NCBI RefSeq assembly: GCF_039583785.1 | Contig: NZ_JAVKSG010000006.1 | Coordinates: forward strand, 5,163-69,162 | Length of the DNA: 64,000 nucleotides | Direction of reading: 5' to 3' | DNA from: Mycobacterium sp. | GTDB lineage: Bacteria; Actinomycetota; Actinomycetes; Mycobacteriales; Mycobacteriaceae | In this document: piece after piece, positions 22,818-32,587 of the stretch | Layout of the letters: every line of letters begins with the position of its first letter | How positions within the stretch are numbered: the first letter of the stretch is position 1 | The notes under the pieces: generated by a model | What the model was told of the DNA's origin: nothing | The model's input: only the letters and a program-made list of their open reading frames with translations | The model's database searches: none | Position numbers and translations under genes: made by a program

Positions 22818-23246
22818 ATGTCCTGTGTGTTCTGCGCGATCGTCGCCGGCCGGGCCCCGGCCATCCGAATCTACGAAGACGACGCGTATCTGGCCTTCCT
22901 CGACATCCGTCCGTTCACCCGCGGCCACACCCTGGTGGTGCCCAAGCAGCACTCGGTGGATCTCACCGACACCCCCGCCGAGACGCTGGCCGGCATGGCG
23001 ACGATCGGGCAGCGCATTGCCAAGGCGGCGCGGGCGACCGAGTTGGCCGACGCCACCAACATCGGGATCAACGACGGCCCGGCCGCTTTTCAGACGGTCT
23101 TCCACGTCCACCTGCATGTGCTGCCGCGGCGCAACGGAGACAAGCTGGCGGTCGCCAAGGGGCTCCTACGACGCCGTGACCCCGACCGCGCGTCGACCGG
23201 CCGAATCCTGCGGGACGCGCTGGCGGAGATCGACGCCGGCAGCTGA
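22818..23246 (+). CDS. HIT-family hydrolase (Rv1262c-like)
   Basis: CVFC start, GHTLVVPK, HVHLHV histidine triad. Confidence 0.92.
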   Translation: MSCVFCAIVAGRAPAIRIYEDDAYLAFLDIRPFTRGHTLVVPKQHSVDLTDTPAETLAGMATIGQRIAKAARATELADATNIGINDGPAAFQTVFHVHLHVLPRRNGDKLAVAKGLLRRRDPDRASTGRILRDALAEIDAGS

Positions 23247-23256
23247 TACTGGGCCT

Positions 23257-23697
23257 ATGACCCTTCCGTTCGAGCAGACCCTGCTGCCCTATGTGCTACG
23301 CGTTCACGACACCGTCTACCAGAAGACCAACGGCTGGATCGGTCACCGCATCCTCGGTATTCCCAGCCTGCTGCTGCACACCGTCGGCGCCAAGACCGGC
23401 AAATCCCGCAGCGCGACGCTGACCTATGCCCGGGACGGCGACGACTACCTGATCGTCGCGTCCAAGGGCGGCGACCCGAAAGCGCCCGGCTGGTACCACA
23501 ACCTGAAGGCCAACCCGAGCGTCGAAATCAACGTCGGGCCGCAGCGTTTCCGGGTGACAGCCCATCCGGTGTTGCCCGACGACACCGACTACCAGCGACT
23601 GTGGCAGATCGTCAACAAGAACAACGGCAACCGCTACCAGGCGTATCAGGAGAAGACGTCGCGACCTATTCCGGTCGTCCGGCTCACGCCGGCTTAA
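23257..23697 (+). CDS. F420/deazaflavin-dependent nitroreductase family (Rv1261c-like)
   Basis: LLLHTVGAKTGKSR, VASKGG.PKAPGWYHNLKANP, YQEKTSRPIPVV. Confidence 0.9.
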   Translation: MTLPFEQTLLPYVLRVHDTVYQKTNGWIGHRILGIPSLLLHTVGAKTGKSRSATLTYARDGDDYLIVASKGGDPKAPGWYHNLKANPSVEINVGPQRFRVTAHPVLPDDTDYQRLWQIVNKNNGNRYQAYQEKTSRPIPVVRLTPA

Positions 23698-24731
23698 AAC
23701 AGCTCTTTCGCCAGTAACTCCAGCGTCTTTTCGCGCGCCGGAGCGGTCGCGGGGTCGGTACCGCGGTGCGCCGACGCGACCGGATGCACCATCACCTCGT
23801 CGACGCCGAACCGCTGCGCCAGCGCGGTCAGCTGGTCGGCGGCCTCGGCGGGCGATCCGACGACTGATTGCTCCAGCCCGCTGTCGACAATGTGCTGCTG
23901 CTGCGATGTCAGCTTGGTGCCCCGGATATCCTCGACGAGCTCGACCGGCCCCAGCGGTTGACCCGTCCGCAGCCGGGCCATCATGTGCAGGTTGGGCATG
24001 ATCAAAGCCGTTGCCTCGTCGCGGGTTTCGGCCACTGCGGCGTTGACGGTCAGAAAGGTCACCGGTTCGGCGGCCAGCTCGCCGGGCACAAACTGCGACC
24101 GGTAGTGCGCCAGCGCCTCTTCGGTCCCCTGGCCGGAGAAGTGGTGGGCGAACACGTAGGGCAAGCCCTTGGCGGCGGCCAGTTGCGCGGAGTACATCGA
24201 CGACCCGAGCAGCCACAGCCTGGGCTCGCTGGCCGCGGCCGGGGTGGCCTTGAGGATGTAGTCGCCGTCGCGCAACTGCACCGGCACGCCCCGGGCGCTC
24301 ATCATCGCGCGCACGTGGTCGAGGTACTGCGGGAACTGGTCGATGTCGCGATCGTCGCGGCCGGCGGCACCGCGCAGCAGCACCGAGGTGACCGGGTCCG
24401 AGCCGGGCGCCCGGCCGATGCCGAGGTCGATGCGGCCCGGCGCCGCCGCCTCCAGCAGGGCGAACTGCTCGGCGACCGCCAGCGGCGCGTGATTGGGCAG
24501 CATCACGCCGCCCGAGCCCAGCCGCAGCTGGGTGGTCTGGGCCGCAAGGTAGGCGATCAGCACCGGTGGGCTGGTGGCGCCGACCGAGGGCATGTTGTGG
24601 TGTTCGGCGACCCAGTAACGGGTGAAACCCAGCCGGTCGGCGGTCTGCGCCAGGCCCACGGTGGCCTTGAGTGCGTCCGCGGTGGTCTGGTCGGTGCGGA
24701 CAGGGACGAGATCGAGGACAGAAAGCCGCAT
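23694..24731 (-). CDS. Luciferase-like monooxygenase (LLM class flavin-dependent oxidoreductase)
   Basis: MRLSVLDLVP, RYWVAEHH, GSGGVMLPNHAPL, RIDLGIGRAPG, WLLGSS. Confidence 0.9.
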   Translation of the reverse strand: MRLSVLDLVPVRTDQTTADALKATVGLAQTADRLGFTRYWVAEHHNMPSVGATSPPVLIAYLAAQTTQLRLGSGGVMLPNHAPLAVAEQFALLEAAAPGRIDLGIGRAPGSDPVTSVLLRGAAGRDDRDIDQFPQYLDHVRAMMSARGVPVQLRDGDYILKATPAAASEPRLWLLGSSMYSAQLAAAKGLPYVFAHHFSGQGTEEALAHYRSQFVPGELAAEPVTFLTVNAAVAETRDEATALIMPNLHMMARLRTGQPLGPVELVEDIRGTKLTSQQQHIVDSGLEQSVVGSPAEAADQLTALAQRFGVDEVMVHPVASAHRGTDPATAPAREKTLELLAKELF

Positions 24732-24813
24732 GAGGCGGTCAACGCCTTCCGGCCGCCGAACGTTCCCTGGTCGTCGATCAGCTCGGGAATGCCCGGTGCT
24801 CGGTCTGGACGCG

Positions 24814-26118
24814 CTAGCCAGCGATCCCGTCGCGAACATCAAGGACAGCCATATCCGCCGCAGCACGCCCCGCGCCCCAGCCTGCACCGTTGGACGCCGC
24901 TACCGGACGAGGCACCGTCGAGGGAAACATTCGGTCGGTGAGCTCGTCGGCCGCCCGGCTGTTTGCCGCCAGCACGGGAAGCAGCCGAGCATCATGCTTG
25001 ATCTCCGCCGTGACCGATGCGCTGACGCTTTCGAGTCGTTCCCCGATGCGCTGTGCGTAAGCGACAAGGAAAGTCTGCCGAAATGACCGGGTGCGTGCCT
25101 GCTCACCGCCCGTGATCTGGCGTCCCGCACCGAGCATGGCCCGGTTGGCTTGGACCAAAAGCGAGGTGGCCAGCAACTCGACCAGCCGGAGGTCGGTTTC
25201 GGAGGCGATTACGGTGATGAATCCAATGTCTTCCGCCCATACTGCGCGGCATCGGTTGGCCCGGCCCACCACTTGCACCAGCACCGCCTTCGCCGCGGCA
25301 TACGGGTTGTCGATCCAGATTCGTCGCGCGCTCGCCAGCGGTACGTGGCGAGGGTCGTGCCCCGCCACCGCTTCCTGAAGGGAATACCTGCTCATCAATT
25401 CTTGGGCCTTGGCCGACAGGGCTTCCGCTTCGTCGGCGAAGTCGGTGGCTTCGGCCTTGGCCAACAGTGCTCGGACCTTGCCGAGGGCCTTGTCGTCGAT
25501 GTCGCTCACCGCCGTCGGCGCCTGCCGAAAGGTGCCGGGTAACGGCAGCAGCGCTGTCAGGACCGGAAGTCGACCGAGCAGGTGCAGCACCGTGAGCACC
25601 ACGTTGACAGCATCGCTTCGTCCGACTCCGTTTGCAGCCGCCCAGCCCCACATGTGCGGAGTGTGCGCCGCAGGACCGAGCGTGGTTGAGATGTCGGCGA
25701 GAGCGGCGCGCCATTGCGGATGCAGGGCCGCTGCCGCATACCGCCGGGACTCCAGAACGACGGCTTCATCGAGATATCGGACCTCGGCGGCCTTGAGCCG
25801 ACGGCGTGCGACCTCATGCAGGTCCGACGGCGTCCAGCCATGCCGCCAGGCCGCTTCGATGGCCTCGTTCACGACGATGTCGGCCGCAGTGTCGAGTTCG
25901 CTCGCGAAGTCCTGGTACTCGTCGAGCAGTTCGGCGGCGACGCGACGAAACGTGTTCCCGTCAGGACACGATGCGGCCGCACTGAACGCAAAGACAAGTC
26001 GTTCGAGAAGCATCACCCGGTCCGGCCCGGGGCCGGACCGAACGCGTTCTCGCGAGGCCTCCGCCCGGCGCCGGTTCTTCAGCTTGGCTGCGCGTTTCTC
26101 GCGGTTGCGTCTGCTCAT
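24814..26118 (-). CDS. DUF2786 domain-containing protein
   Basis: KVRALLAKAEATDFADEAEALSAKAQELMSRYSL and downstream FLVAYAQRIGERL pattern. Confidence 0.8.
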   Translation of the reverse strand: MSRRNREKRAAKLKNRRRAEASRERVRSGPGPDRVMLLERLVFAFSAAASCPDGNTFRRVAAELLDEYQDFASELDTAADIVVNEAIEAAWRHGWTPSDLHEVARRRLKAAEVRYLDEAVVLESRRYAAAALHPQWRAALADISTTLGPAAHTPHMWGWAAANGVGRSDAVNVVLTVLHLLGRLPVLTALLPLPGTFRQAPTAVSDIDDKALGKVRALLAKAEATDFADEAEALSAKAQELMSRYSLQEAVAGHDPRHVPLASARRIWIDNPYAAAKAVLVQVVGRANRCRAVWAEDIGFITVIASETDLRLVELLATSLLVQANRAMLGAGRQITGGEQARTRSFRQTFLVAYAQRIGERLESVSASVTAEIKHDARLLPVLAANSRAADELTDRMFPSTVPRPVAASNGAGWGAGRAAADMAVLDVRDGIAG

Positions 26119-26214
26119 TCATCGAAGTCTGGCCACAGGGTCCGACACGTTGCGACAGGCGCGCCGCGCTCCGTGGGTAGCCGAACGAAACGTTTTGACA
26201 AGCAACAGAGCTCG

Positions 26215-26398
26215 TCATTCCACAATCCGGTAATCGACGTCGAGTGAGCGGTAGATGCGCTCGGCCCGACGGTCACGGGTCAGCAGACTGCGGTCGTTCG
26301 TTAAGGCCGCCTGACCGACGAGGGCGTCATAGGTCGATCCGCCGACGATGTCGAGGGCGGCAAGGCGCTCCCGAAGCTCACGGGTTGCGGCCAGGCCG
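26215..26398 (-). pseudogene. vapC: C-terminal half of a VapC27/VapC40-like PIN toxin abutting the udgB stop
   Basis: LAALDIVGGSTYDALVGQAA...LLTRDRRAERIYRSLDV matches the GG(A/S)xYDALV...L(L/A)TRDxRA pattern; N-terminal half and vapB absent. Confidence 0.8.
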
Positions 26399-27235
26399 TC
26401 ACCGCACACCCGCCATTCCCTTCGCCCGGGCGAGGATGTCGTCGAGCATGGCGGGGGTCAGCTTGCCGGTGAAGGTGTTCTGCTGGCTGGGGTGATAGCA
26501 GCCCAGCAGCGTCACCTCGCCGTGTCCGGCATGCACCGTTGCGGTGGCTGCGTGGCCGAACTTCGGTTGCGGGCGGGGCACCCGGCCGCCGGTCGCGCGG
26601 ATCATGTCGAGCGCCGAGCGCCACCCAAATGCGCCCAGCGCCACGATCACTCGGGTGTCGCCACCGACCAGTCGCCACTCGGCGGTCAGCCACGGCGCGC
26701 AGGTCGACCGCTCGGCCGGCGTCGGCGCGTTGGCCGGCGGTGCGCATCGCACCGCAGCCACCACCCGAATGTCATTGAGCTGCAGGCCATCTGCCGCATC
26801 GACGGCAATCGGCGAGTTCGCCAAACCGGCGCGGTGGATCGCCGCGTACAAAAAGTCACCGGAGCGGTCGCCGGTGAATACCCGGCCGGTTCGGTTGGCG
26901 CCGTTGGCCGCGGGGGCCAGGCCGACGACGATGATCCGCGGACGCTCGTCGCCCCAACCTGGAACCGGTCGGCCCCAGTACGGCTGGTCGGCGAACGACC
27001 GCCGCTTGGTCAGCGCCGAGGATTCGCGCCACTGCACCAGCCGCGGGCAGGCCCGGCACACCGATATCTGCGCATCGAGCTGCTTCAGCGACGTCGCGGC
27101 CTCGGCCATCGCATCGACCCGTTCCGCGTCCGATGCAATCGCCGTGCGAGCGGTTGCCGGATCGCCGGGCCACCCGGTGCCGGGCGGCACCGGGGATTCG
27201 AACAGCGCACCGGTGCGTGGGTGGGCCAGGTTCAC
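26399..27235 (-). CDS. udgB: Family-5 uracil-DNA glycosylase
   Basis: CRACPRL Fe-S motif, [36 protein letters not shown] start at 27235 inferred. Confidence 0.93.
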   Translation of the reverse strand: MNLAHPRTGALFESPVPPGTGWPGDPATARTAIASDAERVDAMAEAATSLKQLDAQISVCRACPRLVQWRESSALTKRRSFADQPYWGRPVPGWGDERPRIIVVGLAPAANGANRTGRVFTGDRSGDFLYAAIHRAGLANSPIAVDAADGLQLNDIRVVAAVRCAPPANAPTPAERSTCAPWLTAEWRLVGGDTRVIVALGAFGWRSALDMIRATGGRVPRPQPKFGHAATATVHAGHGEVTLLGCYHPSQQNTFTGKLTPAMLDDILARAKGMAGVR

Positions 27236-27284
27236 AGCTCCACTGTGTACCAGCGCCGCGGGCAGGTGTCCGTAGGATCGCGGC

Positions 27285-28652
27285 ATGGCCGCTGACGCGC
27301 TGGCCGGCCTGATCGCCGAGCTACCCGAGGGAATGGTCGTCACCGACCCTGCGATCACCGAGGGATACCGGCAGGACCGCGCCCTGGACCCGTCCGCCGG
27401 AAAGCCGATGGCCGTGGTGCGCCCGAAGCGGACCGAAGAAGTCCAGACCGTGCTGCGGTGGGCCACCGCTCATCACATCCCGGTGGTGACCCGCGGGATG
27501 GGTACCGGCCTGTCCGGCGGTGCCACCGCGATCGACGGCGGGATCGTGCTGTCGACGGAAAAGATGCGCGACATCGTCGTCGACCCCGTCACCCGCACCG
27601 CGGTCTGCCAGCCGGGCCTGCTCAACGCCGAGGTCAAGAAGACCGTCGCCGAGCACGGCCTGTGGTATCCACCCGACCCGTCGTCGTATGAGATCTGCAG
27701 CATCGGCGGCAACATCGCGACCAACGCCGGCGGGCTGTGCTGCGTCAAGTACGGCGTCACCACCGACTACGTGCTCGGCGTGCAGGTGGTGCTGGCCGAC
27801 GGCACCGCGGTCCGACTCGGTGGTCCCCGGCTCAAAGACGTCGCGGGACTGAGCCTGACGAAGTTGTTCGTCGGCAGCGAGGGCGCACTCGGTGTGATCA
27901 CCGAGGTGACGCTGCGGCTGGTGCCGGCCCAGCAGCCGTTGAGCACGGTGGTCGCCACCTTCGCGTCGGTGGAGGCCGCCTGTGCAGCGGTGCTCGGGGT
28001 GACCTTGCGGCTGCGCCCGGCGATGCTGGAGTTCATGGATTCGGCGACCATCAACGCCGTCGAGGACAAGCTGCGGATGGGCCTGGACCGCGGTGCGGCC
28101 GCGATGTTGGTGGGCGCGTCCGACGAGCGTGGACGCGGCGGCAGCGACGACGCCGAGTTCATGGCCGCCACATTCACCGAATTCGGTGCGACGGAAGTCT
28201 TTTCGACCGACGACCCGGAGGAGGGCGAGGCATTTGTCGCGGCCCGACGATTCGCGATTCCGGCGGTCGAGGAGAAGGGGCCGCTGCTGCTCGAGGACGT
28301 CGGCGTGCCACTGCCCGCGCTGGCCGATCTGGTCGGCGGGATCGCGCGGATCGCCGAGCAGCGCGACCTGATGATCGCGGTGATCGCGCACGCCGGCGAC
28401 GGCAACACCCATCCGCTGATCGTGTACGACCCCGACGACCCGGCGATGAGCGAGCGGGCCCAGTTGGCCTACGGCGAGATCATGGACCTCGCAGTGGATC
28501 TGGGCGGCACGATCACCGGCGAGCACGGCGTGGGCCGGCTCAAGCGTCCGTGGCTGGAGGGCTACCTCGGCCCCGAGGCGATGGCAGTGAATCGCCGCAT
28601 CAAGGATGCGTTGGATCCCTTGGGCATTTTGAATCCCGGCGCGGGCGTCTGA
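27285..28652 (+). CDS. FAD-linked oxidase, GlcD/D-lactate dehydrogenase family (Rv1257c-like)
   Basis: [47 protein letters not shown]. Confidence 0.92.
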   Translation: MAADALAGLIAELPEGMVVTDPAITEGYRQDRALDPSAGKPMAVVRPKRTEEVQTVLRWATAHHIPVVTRGMGTGLSGGATAIDGGIVLSTEKMRDIVVDPVTRTAVCQPGLLNAEVKKTVAEHGLWYPPDPSSYEICSIGGNIATNAGGLCCVKYGVTTDYVLGVQVVLADGTAVRLGGPRLKDVAGLSLTKLFVGSEGALGVITEVTLRLVPAQQPLSTVVATFASVEAACAAVLGVTLRLRPAMLEFMDSATINAVEDKLRMGLDRGAAAMLVGASDERGRGGSDDAEFMAATFTEFGATEVFSTDDPEEGEAFVAARRFAIPAVEEKGPLLLEDVGVPLPALADLVGGIARIAEQRDLMIAVIAHAGDGNTHPLIVYDPDDPAMSERAQLAYGEIMDLAVDLGGTITGEHGVGRLKRPWLEGYLGPEAMAVNRRIKDALDPLGILNPGAGV

Positions 28653-28660
28653 CTACGACG

Positions 28661-29365
28661 ATGAGCCGGCCATTTCTTTCCGCCGTGCTGCTGATCCCCT
28701 GTGTGCTCGCGGGTTGCTCGGGGATCGTGCCGGGTCACGCCGTCAGGACGCCGCTCAGCCCAGCGGAGCGGTCGCTGCCCGATTCCGCCGAGCTGTCCCG
28801 GGTCGTGGGTCTGCCTGTGGAGCGTGATTCTGTATTGGAAGCCGGCGGGATCGACACGCTCCGAGATGACAAGGGCGCCGAGTCTCCGGTGGAGTGCGCC
28901 GGGGTCACGCACGCCGGTTATCGCAGCACGTACCAGGGCGCTCCGCTGCGCGCCGCCGCTCGAGGTATGTGGATCACGCCGCAACGCGTCGACGAGCGAG
29001 TGAATATCGTCATATCTGTGGTGGAGCTGGATTCCGCCGACAGTGCACAGACCTGGTATCGCAGGAACGCCGCGCAGTGGGGTCGATGCCGCGACGTCAC
29101 CGTGACCTACCACACTGGAGCTGTTTCGTTCATCCAAAGCATCAGGCAGGTCGACGATTCCGATGGAGAGCTGACGGCAGTGCTATCGGTCTCGACGGAT
29201 AACGGGATCATGACACCAGGCGTGAACCGGCGCGCCTTCCTGGTGACGTCTCAATATCTCGTCGACGCAGAGGTTTTCGGAACTCTGCGTCGTCCGGACG
29301 CTTCCACTCTCGACGCGAGCGCGGTGGCGCGCCTTGTCGTCAACAAGATCAGCCAAAGCCGGTAG
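28661..29365 (+). CDS. Lipoprotein with PknH-like extracellular sensor domain
   Basis: Lipobox LAGC; ECAG, WGRCRDVTVT, NRRAF Cys-containing sensor-domain pattern. Confidence 0.7.
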   Translation: MSRPFLSAVLLIPCVLAGCSGIVPGHAVRTPLSPAERSLPDSAELSRVVGLPVERDSVLEAGGIDTLRDDKGAESPVECAGVTHAGYRSTYQGAPLRAAARGMWITPQRVDERVNIVISVVELDSADSAQTWYRRNAAQWGRCRDVTVTYHTGAVSFIQSIRQVDDSDGELTAVLSVSTDNGIMTPGVNRRAFLVTSQYLVDAEVFGTLRRPDASTLDASAVARLVVNKISQSR

Positions 29366-29993
29366 CCGGCTTCCGCGCAGTTACGCCCGAACGTTATTCA
29401 CGGCTGGCGCCGGTGGAGGTTGGAGAGGTTGCCAGTTTTGAAGTCAGCCCTGACGCAACTGCGATAAAGCTGCTTTTCTTGATAGCTGTCGACGACGTAT
29501 CGAGAGAAGTACGGGTCTTCCGATTTTAGGAATTCCGGCGTGGGCAATGCTCACCGACAACGCGGAAACCACGAATTTTGCGAATCACGACCATAAATTG
29601 GCGCTTGGGGCATAACGAGGTCCCTTCTTTTCTACCACGCCGGTCAAGTCCGGTGTGAAAGTAGTTGCAGTACCCGAACTTGGTTGAGCAGTCAAGGTGA
29701 CCCCGCTCACGCACGACTTCGCGCAGGTCAGCGGTCACAACGGGAGCAGGAAGGAATAGCGGGCGAGGCGCCCGCGAGAAATGTCGGACTGCGTGGCAGC
29801 GTATTCGCAGTAACTTCACAATTTTCTACAGCAAGGTCGCGATCGTCTCAGGAAAATTCAGGGGGCACTTATGCTTCTGACACACTCCTGCTAAAGTCTC
29901 TTCGGGGGGTTGAAAGTTTGTGGGGGTTAGAGGCTTGCTTACCAAGACCGCCGACTTATATGTCACCTGAACAGCCAGAATGAATGGAGCAAT

Positions 29994-30995
29994 TTGATGA
30001 ACCGTCGTATCCCGCTCACCCTGGGCGCCGCAGCCGGTGGGCTGCTGGCCTCCGCGCTCTTACCCGTCGCGATCGCCTTCGCCGACACCAGCGACCCGTT
30101 TACCATCTTTGCTGGACAAGTCGATTCGACCGCCTCAGCGGCCGAGCTGTCCAGCCTGGACTCGGCGCTGACCAGCGGCGACCCCAGCCTGGCTACCTCG
30201 CTGACCACCGATGTGACGGCAGGGACAACCCCGTTCGGCCTCGGGGAAGCGCCGTTCAACGATGACGCATTCGCCAACCTGCTCCCCGCCGACGCCACGA
30301 CGGCACAGATCAACGAGGCGGCCAATTACGATGCTGTGCTGTACAACGGTGACCCCACCCTGGCCGCCACACTGGCCGCCACCGACAGCACCGGGGCGTT
30401 CCCGGATGCACCCGGTTCTGACGCCATCACGCTCGGCAAGTTCACCTTCGACCCCTACACCGGCGGAACCGATTCCACTCCAGGGACCGAAGGCTTCGAC
30501 GCTCTGACCCAGGGAACCGGCACTTCGCCGTTTTTCGACACCGGCAGCGTGGCTGATCAGAACTTCGAGGTCTTCAGCCCGGCCAGCGGCTCCACACCCG
30601 CCGCGGTGCTCGGGACTGTCACCACCACCGAGAACGTCAGCAGCCTTGGCAGCATCACCAACACCGGGTTCGACATCACTGGTGACTCGCCCGTCGCGGG
30701 GGGAACTGCCGCGGACCTGCCGGCCATCGGGACGGCCTATGACGTCACCAACTTCGGCAGCGGCTATGAGAACATCTTCACCGATGTCCCGGATGCCGCT
30801 GGCAGCACCGCCGCCGGCACTGCCACCGACACCCTCGTGACGCCGTTCGGGGACTACGACCTGTCCAGCCTGGTCAGCACGTTTGACCTCACGAGCCTCG
30901 ACCCGGGTGCGGCCTTCGGTCTTGCCGCTGACACAAGCAGCGCTGCCGCTGACGCGGTCTCAAGCATCGACCCGCTGGCGTTCCTCGGCCTGTAA
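29994..30995 (+). CDS. Secreted hyper-acidic low-complexity protein of unknown function
   Basis: Signal peptide MMNRRIPLTLGAAAGGLLASALLPVAIAFA|D; strong GC3 coding pattern; mature part D/T/S/A/G-rich. Confidence 0.85.
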   Translation: MMNRRIPLTLGAAAGGLLASALLPVAIAFADTSDPFTIFAGQVDSTASAAELSSLDSALTSGDPSLATSLTTDVTAGTTPFGLGEAPFNDDAFANLLPADATTAQINEAANYDAVLYNGDPTLAATLAATDSTGAFPDAPGSDAITLGKFTFDPYTGGTDSTPGTEGFDALTQGTGTSPFFDTGSVADQNFEVFSPASGSTPAAVLGTVTTTENVSSLGSITNTGFDITGDSPVAGGTAADLPAIGTAYDVTNFGSGYENIFTDVPDAAGSTAAGTATDTLVTPFGDYDLSSLVSTFDLTSLDPGAAFGLAADTSSAAADAVSSIDPLAFLGL

Positions 30996-31017
30996 GACGT
31001 AGCCGGCTGAGCTCAAC

Positions 31018-31077
31018 GGCTTAACCAAACATCCCGGGCCGCGAGAAGTGCGGCCCGGGATGTTTGGCGTTTAAGCC
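31018..31077 (+). terminator. Long hairpin terminator after the acidic secreted protein
   Basis: CCAAACATCCCGGGCCGC (31025-31042) / GCGGCCCGGGATGTTTGG (31050-31067) perfect 18-bp stem, extended by GGCTTAA/TTAAGCC. Confidence 0.85.
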
Positions 31078-31337
31078 AGAGCAGCAGCCAGCGACAGCGC
31101 CTCTTGGCCTACGACGAGGATCAGCGAGAACGTCGGGGGCGACTGGGTGAAGGTGGCTCGCCGTGTCCTGGCTCGACCAGCCATCCTGCAGTGTCGCGGC
31201 GCAAGCCGAATGGCCGGTAGCTGTCAGCTCGCCCACCCGAGACAAGCTCCGAGCCGTCTCAATGTCTAGAAATTCGACCCCGACGTCGCCTCTACCCGTG
31301 TCTCCGACGGATATCCGCATAGACATATACGCCCATT

Positions 31338-31371
31338 TGTCGTATTAATAATACATGACAGCGAATTTGTC
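31338..31371. promoter_or_regulatory. AT-rich palindromes overlapping the cyp130 start; candidate TetR operator
   Basis: GTATTA-A-TAATAC (31342-31354) directly before ATG 31355; GACA-N7-TGTC at 31357-31371. Confidence 0.4.
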
Positions 31372-32587
31372 TCACAAGCCTCGATTCCACCTGGCCAACG
31401 CTGCGACGTGGCCCGACCCGTGGCCGATGTACCGGGCGCTGCGCGATCACGACCCGGTGCACCACGTCGTGCCGGCGAGCAAGCCCGAGAACGACTACTA
31501 CGTGCTGACCCGGCACGCCGACATCTGGGCCGCGGCAAAAGACCACGAGACCTTCTCCTCAGCAGAGGGTTTGACCGTCAACTATGGCGAACTGGAAATG
31601 ATTGGGCTGGCGGACAATCCGCCGATGGTGATGCAGGATCCGCCGGTGCACACCGAGTTCCGCAAGCTGGTGGCCCGCGGATTCACCCCGCGACAGGTCG
31701 AGGCCGTCGAACCCAAGGTCCGGGAGTTCGTGGTGGAGCGCCTGGAGCGGCTGCTCGCCAACGGCGGCGGCGACATCGTTGCCGAATTGTTCAAGCCGCT
31801 GCCGTCGATGGTCGTGGCACACTACCTCGGCGTCCCCGAAGAAGACCGCGGCCAGTTCGACGGGTGGACCGACGCGATCGTGACGGCCAACACCGCCGAG
31901 GGCGGCGTCGCGGGCGCACTGGCGACCGTCGGCGACGCGGTCGGTTCGATGATGGCCTACTTCAGCGAGCTGATCGAACGCCGTCGCTCCGAGCCCGGCG
32001 ACGACACCATCTCGCATCTGGTTGCCGCGGGCGTCGGCGCCACCGGCGACGTCGCCGGAACGCTGTCAGTCCTGGCGTTCGTCTTCACGATGATCACCGG
32101 CGGGAACGACACCACCACCGGCATGCTCGGCGGCACAGTACAACTGCTGCACCAGCGTCCGGACCAACGGCGTCTGTTGGTGGACAACCCCGACCTGATC
32201 CCCGGCGCCGTCGACGAATTCCTGCGGCTCACCTCGCCGGTGCAGGCGCTGGCTCGCACGGTGACCCGCCACGTCAGCATCGGCGAGACCACCATTCCGA
32301 AGGGCCGTCGGGCGCTGCTGGTCTACGGATCCGCCAACCGCGACGAGCGCCAATTCGGTTCGGATGCAGGCGAACTCGACGTCGAGCGGAAACCGCGTAA
32401 CCTGCTGACCTTCAGCCACGGCGCCCACCACTGCCTGGGCGCGGCCGCCGCCCGGATGCAATCGCGGGTCGCGTTGAACGAATTGCTCATCCGCTGCCCC
32501 GATTTCGAGGTGGACGAGGCCAACGTAGTCTGGGCCGGCGGCAGCTATGTGCGCCGCCCGCTCTCGGTCCCGTTCCGGGTCACGTAG
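31355..32587 (+). CDS. cyp130: Cytochrome P450 CYP130-like (Rv1256c)
   Basis: MVMQDPPVHT, GGNDTTT I-helix, EFLR, FSHGAHHCLG heme motif; synteny. Confidence 0.9.
   Translation: MTANLSHKPRFHLANAATWPDPWPMYRALRDHDPVHHVVPASKPENDYYVLTRHADIWAAAKDHETFSSAEGLTVNYGELEMIGLADNPPMVMQDPPVHTEFRKLVARGFTPRQVEAVEPKVREFVVERLERLLANGGGDIVAELFKPLPSMVVAHYLGVPEEDRGQFDGWTDAIVTANTAEGGVAGALATVGDAVGSMMAYFSELIERRRSEPGDDTISHLVAAGVGATGDVAGTLSVLAFVFTMITGGNDTTTGMLGGTVQLLHQRPDQRRLLVDNPDLIPGAVDEFLRLTSPVQALARTVTRHVSIGETTIPKGRRALLVYGSANRDERQFGSDAGELDVERKPRNLLTFSHGAHHCLGAAAARMQSRVALNELLIRCPDFEVDEANVVWAGGSYVRRPLSVPFRVT

Noticed and set aside
29673-29681. CCCGAACTT shared with the minus-strand upstream region of paralogue A (about 61615-61623)
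   Set aside because: A 9-mer match between two ~600-bp regions is expected about once by chance.
29366-29993. Match to known riboswitches (ydaO/c-di-AMP, M-box, SAM-IV, cobalamin, TPP)
   Set aside because: Only tiny fragments such as CCCGAAC resemble consensus; core motifs not found by eye. An Rfam scan is needed for a firm negative.
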